Notes under the pieces: model-generated
The model's input: only the letters and a program-made list of their open reading frames with translations
Told to the model about the DNA's origin: nothing
Databases searched by the model: none
Translations under genes and position numbers: made by a program
Sequence record: SRR31156797_3786
Direction: 5' to 3' (one strand)
DNA: 50,805 nucleotides
In this document: positions 1 to 9,630 of the stretch, piece after piece
How positions within the stretch are numbered: position 1 is the first letter of the stretch
Layout of the letters: every line of letters begins with the position of its first letter

Positions 1-93
1 GAAGTGCATGGGAATCGAACCCACCTAGCAAGCTGTTCACCCGCTACACCGGATTTGAAGTCCGGGAGAGCCACCAGTGCCCTTTCCACTTCC
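1..93 (-). tRNA. selC: tRNA-Sec (anticodon UCA); last few 3' bases lie outside the window
   Basis: Minus strand reads GGAAGTGGA...CCGGA-CTTCAAA-TCCGG (anticodon TCA, plus-strand 56-58), has a long variable arm and a GGTTCGATTCC T-arm, and ends CACTTC, which pairs with the 5' acceptor strand. Confidence 0.95.
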
Positions 94-222
94 ATTTTAG
101 AATTTCAGAGTAATATCTATTGACCTGAAAAACAACTTTTTATTATAATCACACCCGATCGTAAAGTAATTTCTTTATTAAAATTTAAGATACCACAGGG
201 TTGGAGTTTTCCCGAACTATTT

Positions 223-561
223 ATGGAATGTGAACGACTGATTCGCCTGATCAAAGACTGGTACCTTCGCGTCAAGCAAGAAACCATGGCCCCAGCACGC
301 ATGATGCAGTTTGTTGATCAGCACCTTAAGGAATGTGAGACCTGCCAAGCAGAATTTGGCCTGCAGGAAGAAATTGAAAAAATCAGGGAATTCGTCCTTC
401 CCGAATCAAAAATTCCTAAAGCTATTCGAGTGCAAGAAGAAAAACCTACACCGGAAATTTCCCCGGATGCAGAAGAAGAAGTCGAAGAAAAGTACATCGA
501 TGATGATGAGGATAATGAAATTAGCGAAGACCTGAATGAAGAGGCTCCACCGGAGTTATAG
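223..561 (+). CDS. Hypothetical protein with zf-HC2-like HxxxCxxC motif and acidic C-terminal tail
   Basis: 112 aa ORF with MEC near the N-terminus, HLKECETC and a D/E-rich tail. Confidence 0.65.
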   Translation: MECERLIRLIKDWYLRVKQETMAPARMMQFVDQHLKECETCQAEFGLQEEIEKIREFVLPESKIPKAIRVQEEKPTPEISPDAEEEVEEKYIDDDEDNEISEDLNEEAPPEL

Positions 562-650
562 GCGAGCATTTCAGGTATCTAGCAAGATAGTTTATTCTTT
601 CTTTCCGGCAAATAATCTCTCATTGCTCCTCTCATAGATTTTTATGTTTT

Positions 651-785
651 GATGACGTCGTAAAACCTCCGGGCTACGGCGTCTCTGCATTTTTCAAAGC
701 ACTTGGCGTACCCTCTCACTGTATATATACCTTCACAATACCCTTTTGCCAGAGTCTTGCTTCTCGCTACCTCACATACAGTTCC
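651..785. repeat. Possible degenerate copy of a small dispersed intergenic repeat (REP/MITE-like)
   Basis: Begins GATGACGTCGTAAAACCTCC...CTACGGCGT...GGCGTAC, resembling from memory a multicopy intergenic element of Desulfobacterota/Geobacter genomes. Single copy here; right end uncertain. Confidence 0.35.
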
Positions 786-830
786 GGCCCTAATTGCCCT
801 GAATGAACTTGAGAAAAATCAGGTCTAAAT

Positions 831-1943
831 TTAATCGAGCCGCTTTGAAAAACGGATCGCACTGATCAACAAAAAAAACACTGCGAAGCCGAGCAGATAA
901 AAAATGTCACCTGCGACTCCGCTCAGAGACTCCCCCCTGAGAACAATTCCTCTGATAATACGAAGAAAGTGCGTTAAAGGCAGTATTTCTGCTAACAGCT
1001 GAGCAATTTTCGGCATGGCCACAAAGGGAAACATAAAGCCTGAAAGCAGCATAGACGGAAGGAATATGAAAATAAACATCTGCATTGCGGCCAATTGGTT
1101 GCGGGCCAGGGTTGAAATTGTCAGCCCCAGAGTCAGGTTGGCAAGAATAAAGATGAAGCAGACAGTATAGATGGCAGTCAGCTTGCCGGCCACAGGGATT
1201 TTGAAAAGCAAAACGCCAAGAAATAGGATGACCGATACCTGGATCAGCCCGATACCGATGTAGGGTATTATCTTTCCCAGCATCAGTTCAAGGTTTCGTA
1301 CCGGTGTAGTAATAAGCAACTCCATATTACCCCGCTCCCGCTCTCTTACAATGGCAATTGAAGTAAACATGATCATGGTCATGGTTAAAATTACGCCAAG
1401 TAAGCCAGGAACCGTAAATAAAGCTGCCCTTCTTTCGGGATTATAGAGAAGACGTACGGCTACCTGCTGCGACTCCGATTGATTGGCAACAACGCTTCCC
1501 GGCAGAAAAGAAAAATTGCTCAGCTGACGAACTGCGGCAGCCAAGGTGGTATCTGACCCGTCTACAAGCAGTTGCGCGACTGGAAGCCCCTCTTCTTCGT
1601 AATGGCGCTGCTCTCCATCATGAGGAATATACAAACCGGCACTCACGGTACCGCCTTGTATGAGCGCTTCCAACTGGTGAGGGCTTGTTGCCGTTTTGGT
1701 AAAATCCAAAATCTGGGTTGCCCCCAGATCCATAATCAGCTGTCGGGAAAAGCCATTACCTAGGTTATCTGCAACAGCCGCAGGTATATGACGGACATCG
1801 GTATTAATTGTATAGCCAAACAGGACCAATTGAAACAGCGGGATCATAACCACCATGCCAAACGTTAATCGATCATGGACAAGGTGCAGAACTTCCTTAC
1901 GGCAAACAGCTAAAATTCTGACAAAGGCAGCGGGTATGGACAT
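831..1943 (-). CDS. ABC-2 type transporter permease (YbhS/YhhJ-like)
   Basis: 370 aa with N-terminal TM, extracytoplasmic loop, SIAIVRERERGNMELL motif, LLSGFMFP and PLTHF. Confidence 0.92.
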   Translation of the reverse strand: MSIPAAFVRILAVCRKEVLHLVHDRLTFGMVVMIPLFQLVLFGYTINTDVRHIPAAVADNLGNGFSRQLIMDLGATQILDFTKTATSPHQLEALIQGGTVSAGLYIPHDGEQRHYEEEGLPVAQLLVDGSDTTLAAAVRQLSNFSFLPGSVVANQSESQQVAVRLLYNPERRAALFTVPGLLGVILTMTMIMFTSIAIVRERERGNMELLITTPVRNLELMLGKIIPYIGIGLIQVSVILFLGVLLFKIPVAGKLTAIYTVCFIFILANLTLGLTISTLARNQLAAMQMFIFIFLPSMLLSGFMFPFVAMPKIAQLLAEILPLTHFLRIIRGIVLRGESLSGVAGDIFYLLGFAVFFLLISAIRFSKRLD

Positions 1944-1948
1944 TAATG

Positions 1949-2875
1949 TCAGGCTCCTGTGTCCCTGTTCCGGGTGACCATGACAAAAACATCCTCCATG
2001 GACGGCTCAGCCGCCTTTATAGTAATATCACAGCCAGACATTTTCTCAGTCAACCACGCTTCACCTTTTACTTCTCCAGGTCTGAGCATGATCCGCAAGG
2101 ACACCCCTATCCTAGTTGTAGTAAGCACCTCTGGCAGTCCCTTGAGCACATGACGTGCCGACACGATGTCTTGTCCGTCCACTTGAAATATTCTGCTCCC
2201 CAAATTCGCTTTTAAAACTTCTGGTTTTCCATCGGCTACCTTTTGCCCTTCATTTAAAATGGCAAGCTGGTGACACCGCTCTGCCTCGTCCATCAGATGA
2301 GTGGTGACCAAAACCGTTGTTCCCCCCTCACACATACTAAAAAGTTCGTCCCAGAATTCTCGGCGCGTGTTGGGGTCTACTTCTGATGTTGGTTCATCCA
2401 GAAGCAGCAGTTTAGGTTGATGAATAACAGCGGCAGCCAGGGCCAGCCTTCGTTTCTGGCCTCCCGAGAGGGCACCTGCTGGCCTGTTGACAAAGCTGCT
2501 GAGATTAAATCGATCAAGCAGCTTGTGGACACGTCCATTCCTGCGGATTCTTTCCACCCCCATAATCTGTGCCATGAACTGCATGTTCTGCAGTATGGTC
2601 AGATCAGCGTAGAGAGAAAACTTCTGGGTCATGTACCCGACTTCTCTCCTGATCTCTCTGGTCTGTTCAGGAATTTTCATTCCCAGTACTTCAATTTCTC
2701 CAGCAGAAGGTTCAAGTAAGCCGCACATCATCCTGATAGCGGTTGTTTTCCCGCTCCCGTTTGGTCCAAGAAACCCATAGACAGTTTCCCGTGGAATAGT
2801 CATATCAACCTTGTCAACTGCAGTAAATTGGCCAAAATGTTTTGTCAGCCCTTTCACCTGAATAGCGGTCTTCAC
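1949..2875 (-). CDS. ABC transporter ATP-binding protein
   Basis: Walker A GPNGSGKT, signature LSGGQ, Walker B LLLLDEP, H-loop TTH. Confidence 0.95.
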   Translation of the reverse strand: MKTAIQVKGLTKHFGQFTAVDKVDMTIPRETVYGFLGPNGSGKTTAIRMMCGLLEPSAGEIEVLGMKIPEQTREIRREVGYMTQKFSLYADLTILQNMQFMAQIMGVERIRRNGRVHKLLDRFNLSSFVNRPAGALSGGQKRRLALAAAVIHQPKLLLLDEPTSEVDPNTRREFWDELFSMCEGGTTVLVTTHLMDEAERCHQLAILNEGQKVADGKPEVLKANLGSRIFQVDGQDIVSARHVLKGLPEVLTTTRIGVSLRIMLRPGEVKGEAWLTEKMSGCDITIKAAEPSMEDVFVMVTRNRDTGA

Positions 2876-3822
2876 TGCTGCTCCAATAAAAGCTGTACGG
2901 GAGTACCACCGGTGAGTTTGTTGGCTTCTGGATCCACAATCTCCAATTCAGCTATATAGGAAAGCCGGGAACGGTCTTTTTCAGACAAAGCAAAGTAAGG
3001 GGTAAAAGAAGCCACCGAGGAAAGAGAACGAAGACGTGCGGAAAAGATCTGCTGCTGACCATCAATTCTCAAACGGAAATCGTCACCAGGCAGTATGCGG
3101 GATCGATAGGGTTCTGGAATATAGACTCTAGCCCACGGTCTCTCACCGGCAAGCAGGGTACATACCACCGCATTCACCGGAGGCCTGTCGCCTAATTTAA
3201 AGGGCAGACTGTCAACCACACCGTCACGCGCAGCCTTGATCGAATAATCATCACGAATCAATTCTACCTGTTCCAGTTGAGCCTTCAAAGAAGCCACTCT
3301 GTACCTTGCCTGCTCGACCTGTTCCCTCCGAGTTCCTGCAAGAAGTTTATCGAGATTTGCCGACAATACATTGACCTCTCCCTTGGCATTCAAATACTCA
3401 TTCCGGGCATTATCCAGTTTTTGTTTGCTGGTTGACTTCGCCCCAATAAGAGTCTGCTGCCGCCGATAACTCTCATCACTATTTTTCATGGTGGCCAGTG
3501 CCGCGTCCAGCCTGGCCCGAACTTCCGCTATTGTTTCCTGCCGGGGGCCCGCTTCAAGCTCCTTAAGCTCCCACACTGCTTGCTGCAATCGTGCTTGAAG
3601 CTCATTGTAACGGCTTACAATTTTCCGATCATCTACCTGCATTAACAGCGTACCTGCAGTAACTCGCTGTCCTTCCTTGACTACAATTTCCAAAATGGCT
3701 TCACTGGCAGGAATGCGGCTGTTTACTCGATCCCACTCCAGGGTTCCCAAAGCCTGATCAGCCTCTTTGCTGCACCCCAGCAGACAAAGCATGGTTACTA
3801 ACAGGATCAGAATATGTCTCAT
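2872..3822 (-). CDS. HlyD-family membrane fusion (efflux adaptor) lipoprotein
   Basis: Lipoyl-like VKEGQRV, long coiled coil, ASFTP motif and lipobox LLGC after MRHILILL. Start at 3822 preferred; 3837 and 3846 are possible. Confidence 0.88.
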   Translation of the reverse strand: MRHILILLVTMLCLLGCSKEADQALGTLEWDRVNSRIPASEAILEIVVKEGQRVTAGTLLMQVDDRKIVSRYNELQARLQQAVWELKELEAGPRQETIAEVRARLDAALATMKNSDESYRRQQTLIGAKSTSKQKLDNARNEYLNAKGEVNVLSANLDKLLAGTRREQVEQARYRVASLKAQLEQVELIRDDYSIKAARDGVVDSLPFKLGDRPPVNAVVCTLLAGERPWARVYIPEPYRSRILPGDDFRLRIDGQQQIFSARLRSLSSVASFTPYFALSEKDRSRLSYIAELEIVDPEANKLTGGTPVQLLLEQQ

Positions 3823-4034
3823 GCTCACGACCACCATGGTATACACCTGTTTTTGCCGAAAAATAAAAAATTAACCTCTTCAAGTAACCTCGGCTTACCC
3901 CAGATCTGTAGCTGTACAGAGTGCTCCAGGTGCGTACAAGCAGACAGGATAACAATAATAATGCTATTTTTCCTGCCTGATCGTGCACAGAGGTAAGCGC
4001 AGACTCAGTGGAGCGCTTCTAGGTAGTTATAAAT

Positions 4035-4673
4035 TCAGGAAAACAGCCAGGGCGTTACCTGGCGACGCTGTGCTTCATAAGCCAAGATAGCATCTTTTTT
4101 CTCCAAAGTGAGACCGATATCATCCAACCCATTTAAAAGACAGTGCTTTCGAAAGGGATCTACTTGAAAGGGTATAACCTCACCACCTGGCTTTTGTATC
4201 TGCTGGCTCTCTAAATCAACTTCCAGCGTATAACCGGGTGCTGCATACATCTCCGCAAAAAGAGCTGCAACAACATTTTCCGGCTGCACAACAGGTAACA
4301 TTCCGTTTTTAAAACAGTTATTGAAAAATATATCTGCAAAACTCGGCGCAATAATTACGCGAATACCGTAATCTAACAGCGCCCACGGTGCATGTTCCCT
4401 GCTTGAACCACAGCCGAAATTAACCCTGGTTATAAGAATAGAAGCACCTTGATAACGCTGCTGGTTTAAGGGGAAATCTGAATTGAGCGGCCGGTTACTG
4501 TTGTCCATTCCAGGCTCCCCTTCATCCATGTAGCGCAGGGTATCAAAAAGGTTGGGACCAAATCCGGTTCGTTTAATGGATTTTAAAAACTGTTTAGGAA
4601 TAATCAAATCTGTATCCACATTAGCCCGGTCCATGGGGGCAACAATCCCTTTTTGCACAGTAAACGGTTCCAT
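4035..4673 (-). CDS. leuD: 3-isopropylmalate dehydratase small subunit
   Basis: [49 protein letters not shown]. The ATG at 4673 overlaps the leuC stop (TAATG). Confidence 0.96.
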   Translation of the reverse strand: MEPFTVQKGIVAPMDRANVDTDLIIPKQFLKSIKRTGFGPNLFDTLRYMDEGEPGMDNSNRPLNSDFPLNQQRYQGASILITRVNFGCGSSREHAPWALLDYGIRVIIAPSFADIFFNNCFKNGMLPVVQPENVVAALFAEMYAAPGYTLEVDLESQQIQKPGGEVIPFQVDPFRKHCLLNGLDDIGLTLEKKDAILAYEAQRRQVTPWLFS

Positions 4674-6103
4674 TACTTTTCCCCCTTCCATGTTCTGATA
4701 TCCACAAAATGCCCTGCAATTGCTGCAGAAGCCGCCATTATAGGGCTGACAAGATGAGTACGCCCTCCAAAGCCTTGACGTCCTTCAAAGTTACGATTGG
4801 AAGTGGAGGCGCAATGTTCGCCTTTGCCCAATTTATCATCATTCATGGCAAGGCACATGGAACAACCAGGTTCGCGCCACTCAAAACCAGCCTGCTTGAA
4901 GATTGCATCCAAACCTTCCTGCTCTGCTTGTTTCTTCACCAGACCAGATCCAGGGACGACCAGAGCCTGTTTAATGCTTGCTGCAACCTTGTGTCCTTTC
5001 ACCGCCTCTGCTGCGGCTCGGAGATCTTCAATCCTGGAATTAGTGCACGAACCAATAAAAACACGATCCAGCTTGATATCGGTTATCTTTTCTCCTGCTT
5101 TCAGCCCCATATAGTGCAAAGCATTGGTGATTCCTTCAGCCTGGGTTTCTGTCTGGGCCTTCTCTGGATCAGGAACAACACCCGTTACCCCAATCACCAT
5201 TTCAGGCGACGTGCCCCAACTCACCTGCGGTTCAATCACAGCGGCATCAATGGTGACCACATTATCAAATTCTGCATCATCGTCGGAAACCAACTGTTGC
5301 CAATAGACTTTAGCCTGTTCCCACATTTCACCCTTGGGTGCAAAAGGCTTATCTTCAACATAAGCCAAGGTCGTGTCATCGACTGCTACTAAACCGGCTC
5401 TTGCTCCAGCCTCAATAGCCATGTTGCAGACAGTCATCCGTCCCTCCATTGAAAGAGAACGAATGCTTGATCCTCCAAACTCAATGGTATAGCCTGTCCC
5501 GCCGGCTGTGCCTATGTGACCTATAATATAAAGAACCAGATCTTTAGCCGTCACCCCAGGCCCGAGCTTTCCCTCGACCTTGATTAACATATTCTTCATC
5601 TTTTTCTGAAGAAGGCATTGGGTGGCCAGAACATGCTCCACCTCGGAGGTGCCTATACCTTGAGCCAGGGAACCAAGCGCACCATGGGTAGAAGTATGCG
5701 AATCACCACAGACAATAGTCATTCCCGGCAAAGTTACCCCCTGTTCCGGGCCCATGACATGAACAATACCCTGACGTTCATCATCCATTCCAAATTCACG
5801 GATATTAAATAAACGACAGTTCTCATCAAGAGTCTGCACCTGAAGTCGTGATATGGGATCCTGAATACCATCAATTCCTGAACTTCTTTCAGCCAGTGTC
5901 GTCGGAACATTATGATCAGGAGTCGCCAGATTGGCTTCCGGGTTCCATGGTTCTCTCCCCTGCAGCCGCAACCCTTCAAAAGCCTGGGGTGATGTCACCT
6001 CGTGAAGCAGATGACGATCAATATAAATAAGCGAGGTACCGTCTGGGCGATCTTCCACCAGATGCGCCTCCCACAGTTTATCATACAAAGTTTTTCCAGC
6101 CAT
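4673..6103 (-). CDS. leuC: 3-isopropylmalate dehydratase large subunit
   Basis: [63 protein letters not shown]. Confidence 0.97.
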   Translation of the reverse strand: MAGKTLYDKLWEAHLVEDRPDGTSLIYIDRHLLHEVTSPQAFEGLRLQGREPWNPEANLATPDHNVPTTLAERSSGIDGIQDPISRLQVQTLDENCRLFNIREFGMDDERQGIVHVMGPEQGVTLPGMTIVCGDSHTSTHGALGSLAQGIGTSEVEHVLATQCLLQKKMKNMLIKVEGKLGPGVTAKDLVLYIIGHIGTAGGTGYTIEFGGSSIRSLSMEGRMTVCNMAIEAGARAGLVAVDDTTLAYVEDKPFAPKGEMWEQAKVYWQQLVSDDDAEFDNVVTIDAAVIEPQVSWGTSPEMVIGVTGVVPDPEKAQTETQAEGITNALHYMGLKAGEKITDIKLDRVFIGSCTNSRIEDLRAAAEAVKGHKVAASIKQALVVPGSGLVKKQAEQEGLDAIFKQAGFEWREPGCSMCLAMNDDKLGKGEHCASTSNRNFEGRQGFGGRTHLVSPIMAASAAIAGHFVDIRTWKGEK

Positions 6104-6199
6104 TACGCATCACCTCCGAGGGTATGATGATATTTGTCTCTTCTATCTGTTCTATTTCCTTAGGCACCTAGCATAGTGCGTTCACCATTTCGCTTACAA

Positions 6200-6487
6200 T
6201 CAGCAGCAGCCTTTTACAATCTTCCGCCCAAACAAGGTATTGATCCACTTGGCGATAATATAAGAAGCACACCCGACCCCAGGATCGACGGTTATAGCCC
6301 CCGTAGGACAATTGGTCTGACAAGCTCCACACTCCATGCAAAGATCACTATCAATTATACATGCTTTTCTTTGATCAAAGTGCAAAATCCTATGTGGGCA
6401 GACCACAACACACCCACCACAGCCAATACATTTCTCCTCTGCAAACTGCAAGGTGGAGGTTCCTTTTACATACCTGAAATTATCCAT
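6200..6487 (-). CDS. hgcB: Mercury methylation 2[4Fe-4S] ferredoxin HgcB
   Basis: CIGCGGCVVVCP and CMECGACQTNCP cluster motifs, GVGCA, C-terminal CC; directly downstream of hgcA with a GGAGG RBS. Confidence 0.95.
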   Translation of the reverse strand: MDNFRYVKGTSTLQFAEEKCIGCGGCVVVCPHRILHFDQRKACIIDSDLCMECGACQTNCPTGAITVDPGVGCASYIIAKWINTLFGRKIVKGCC

Positions 6488-6505
6488 TCAACCTCCTGCT
6501 TATTC

Positions 6506-7675
6506 TTAAGTGACAAAAGGACTTAACAACCATAAAATCAATGCCCCCGCTGCACATATGCCCTGAACTAGAAGCCCTCTTTTCATTTCGTACTCCACCC
6601 CACTTGGTGAGGTATAAGGAGTGGATCCTGTAAAATTCATTGCCAGGTAAGAACTGGCAGTAATGGACCATAACATCATGGCAGCTGTTTCCAAACCGCT
6701 AAGGGCAGTATCCCATCCCCACAGACAACACAGCCCGACCAATAGGCCTGGAAAAAGTCCTTTGACCCAAAACTGACGACCAGGTATCCACGGCAAAAAA
6801 ATGGGTACCACCAAAGCGCCGCTGATCACGGCAGCCAGTGTCATAGTCACAAAAATCGAGCCGCGATCAAACATGGCTGCACTAGAAAAAACACCCGGCC
6901 CTATCCCGGAAAGAACAAACCCGACAAACAAAATAATCAGCAATTGTTTGGCCAACAGGTAGAACTCGACTGGGACAAGAACCATTCTTTCTACCATGGT
7001 AAATGTCACCATGCGCATTGCCTCGTCAGCCTGGTTCCCGTTGGTGATAAACTCTTGCAGCGCACTTGCCCGTACCGGACCGAAAACCACTGTAAATCCA
7101 CTCTGCTTTTTCACCTTATGAGCACTTACAGCGGGGGCAGCCAATTGGGGAACGATGAGTTGTTTGTGATCGACCAACTTGTTGACTTGATAACGCTCAA
7201 GGCTCATCACTATTTCCTGGGTGGAAAATGTTTGTTTACCTGCTGCGCACCATACATTTATCCCCCTTGTATCAAGCACCAAAATCCACGCAGAAAAACC
7301 AGCCAGTTGAAAGCGCAGGGCATCAAAAGACAACTTATAATTTGCTGATACAAGTATCGGAGAAACGGGTGTCGGCGACCCCACTGCGTAAACTCCAGGA
7401 GAAATTGCGTAGGTATTGCGTATGGTTCCCAGTCGTGCCAGCACTGTTTCATATCGATCACGGATCGACGGGGTGGTCGCAGCCTGCGGTACAGAACCAA
7501 TAGACGTTGCAATAAACCCTTTTACAAAAGGCTCGATACAGTAACCAGCTCTTTGCTCAACCCCTGCCCGGGGCTCCTGTTTTGGCCCTCAGCACGGCGC
7601 CTCACTCTCTACTGACATCGGAATTACCGGTTTGGGCTGCAGCCTTTGCAAGGTTACCCCTTTTTCATCATTCAT
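6506..7675 (-). CDS. hgcA: Mercury methylation corrinoid protein HgcA, predicted selenoprotein (389 aa, Sec29 at 7589-7591)
   Basis: Cap-helix motif GINVWCAAGK, SANYKLSFD, NFTGSTPYTSPSGV and C-terminal TM helices. The frame extends beyond the ORF-track start (7444) through a single TGA to an ATG at 7675 with an AGGA RBS. Gene identity is near certain; the extended start is an inference. Confidence 0.92.
7559..7575 (-). promoter_or_regulatory. Candidate bacterial SECIS hairpin of hgcA
   Basis: AGCCCC-GGGCA-GGGGTT hairpin at +14 to +30 after the in-frame UGA; the apical loop starts with G. Confidence 0.65.
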
Positions 7676-7971
7676 ATAATTTTCCTAATCCTGTCAAGAA
7701 TAACATAGTTTCAAAAGTCCGCCCCACTCCATATTTATTGCTCCAAGCAATTAATTGCTATTTAACGATAGACGATATAAAAAATACAGCAACTCCTCTT
7801 GCTGCAAAACTGAATAACCTCCTTTTCCAACTCACTACATTTCTGCCCTGCCCCTCGTATTACACCCTCCTGACACGACCGCTGCATAGACAACGGAAAC
7901 GTCATGCTATATACTTTTATATAATATACGACCTAATTTAGACCTGTATATCCTTCATTCCAGGAGGTCAC

Positions 7972-9624
7972 ATGACAAAGATGATTACTATCGGTGATTA
8001 CCTTATCGAAAAATTGCACCAGGTTGGGGTTCGCCATATGTTTGGCATTCCCGGCGATTATGTACTCGGCTTTTACGATATGGTTGAAAAAAGTCCGGCC
8101 ATTGAAATAATCAACACCTCCGATGAACAAGGTGCAGGGTTTGCTGCAGATGCCTATGCACGTATAAGCGGTCTGGGTGCTGTTTGTGTTACTTACGGGG
8201 TAGGAGGGCTCAAGATTGCTAATACCACAGCCCAGGCATATGCTGAAAAATCTCCAGTGGTTGTTATCAGCGGCAGCCCAGGATTGGCGGAACGAGGCCG
8301 CCAGGGCCTTCTTCACCACCAGATAACAGACTTCAGTGCCCAAATTCGCGTATTTGAACAGTTCACCGTGTTCTCAACAGTTATCACCTCGCCCCAAACT
8401 GCGCAACGAGAGATAGACAGGGCCATAAGAACAGCTATAGAGTATAAGCGACCGGTATATATCGAACTGCCCAGGGATCTTGTATTTTCATCTTTTTTTC
8501 CGTATCGGGAAGAAGATATCACTGAAGAAACAAGTCTCCAGGAAGCTCTGAAAGAGTCGGTGGAGGAAGCAACAGCGCTCATCAACAAGGCAACAAAACC
8601 TGTTATCCTGGCAGGTGTTGAAATTCATCGCTTTGGCCTGCAGGAAACAGTGACGGGGCTGGCCCGGGAAAAGGGCATCCCCATTGCCGTTACCATGCTT
8701 GCCAAATCAGTCGTCCCCGACACTGAGGACTATTACCTTGGTGTATTTGAAGGCGGCAGAGAGGAAGTAACCCAATACGTTGAATCAAGTGACTGCCTGA
8801 TTATGCTGGGTACTTTTCTTACCGACCTCAACCTGGGCCTTTTCACCACCACCATTGATCCCAACAAGGCGATCCACGCCACCAGTGAGAAAATAGCCAT
8901 CCGTTACCATCGATACGAGAAGGTCGTCTTTACAGAATTTCTGTCTGCACTGCACCAGGCACCAATCACCCCCAGGACGATAGAGTCTCTACCAAAAGCA
9001 CAGGCACCCGAGCCTGTCCCCTATCCAGCACCGAAAAAGCCCATCACTGTGGCAACCCTGTTTCAGCACCTCAACGGCTTTATCCAGGAAGATACCATAG
9101 TCATTGCCGATGTAGGTGACGCCCTTTTTGGTGCCAACGATCTCTTTGTCCACAACGCCACCGATTTTCTTTCACCAGCCTACTACGCTTCGCTTGGTTT
9201 TGCGGTTCCGGGAGCACTGGGTGCACAACTTGCCAACCCGTATGCAAGACCCCTGGTTCTGGTGGGAGACGGAGCCTTTCAGATGACAGGGATGGAATTG
9301 TCTGCAATCGCCCGTTACAAGCTTAATCCCATTGTGGTGGTCCTTAATAACGACGGCTACAGTACGGAACGCCCCATGCTGGACGGTACTTTTAACGACG
9401 TCCACCCATGGGCATTCAGTAAAATACCAGATATACTTGGCTGCGGACAAGGTTTTGCAGTGCACACTGAGTATGAGCTGCAGCAGGCCCTGGAAAAGGC
9501 CCTGGCATATACCGATGGTTTTACCATTATCGATGTTAAAATAGACCGCGATGACCGCTCACCAGCCCTTGTTCGACTAACCAGCAAGCTCGCCGCCAGA
9601 GTAAAACCAGCAACTGCTCCCTGA
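7972..9624 (+). CDS. ThDP-dependent alpha-keto acid decarboxylase (indolepyruvate/pyruvate decarboxylase family)
   Basis: FGIPGDY, DEQGAGFAADAYAR, LLHH and ThDP motif GDGAFQMTG...NNDGY. Confidence 0.92.
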   Translation: MTKMITIGDYLIEKLHQVGVRHMFGIPGDYVLGFYDMVEKSPAIEIINTSDEQGAGFAADAYARISGLGAVCVTYGVGGLKIANTTAQAYAEKSPVVVISGSPGLAERGRQGLLHHQITDFSAQIRVFEQFTVFSTVITSPQTAQREIDRAIRTAIEYKRPVYIELPRDLVFSSFFPYREEDITEETSLQEALKESVEEATALINKATKPVILAGVEIHRFGLQETVTGLAREKGIPIAVTMLAKSVVPDTEDYYLGVFEGGREEVTQYVESSDCLIMLGTFLTDLNLGLFTTTIDPNKAIHATSEKIAIRYHRYEKVVFTEFLSALHQAPITPRTIESLPKAQAPEPVPYPAPKKPITVATLFQHLNGFIQEDTIVIADVGDALFGANDLFVHNATDFLSPAYYASLGFAVPGALGAQLANPYARPLVLVGDGAFQMTGMELSAIARYKLNPIVVVLNNDGYSTERPMLDGTFNDVHPWAFSKIPDILGCGQGFAVHTEYELQQALEKALAYTDGFTIIDVKIDRDDRSPALVRLTSKLAARVKPATAP

Positions 9625-9630
9625 TAAGCG

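Noticed and set aside
6506-7444. CO dehydrogenase/acetyl-CoA synthase gamma subunit (CdhE/AcsC) call
   Set aside because: The NVWCAAGK cap helix, C-terminal TM domain and adjacent hgcB identify it as HgcA.
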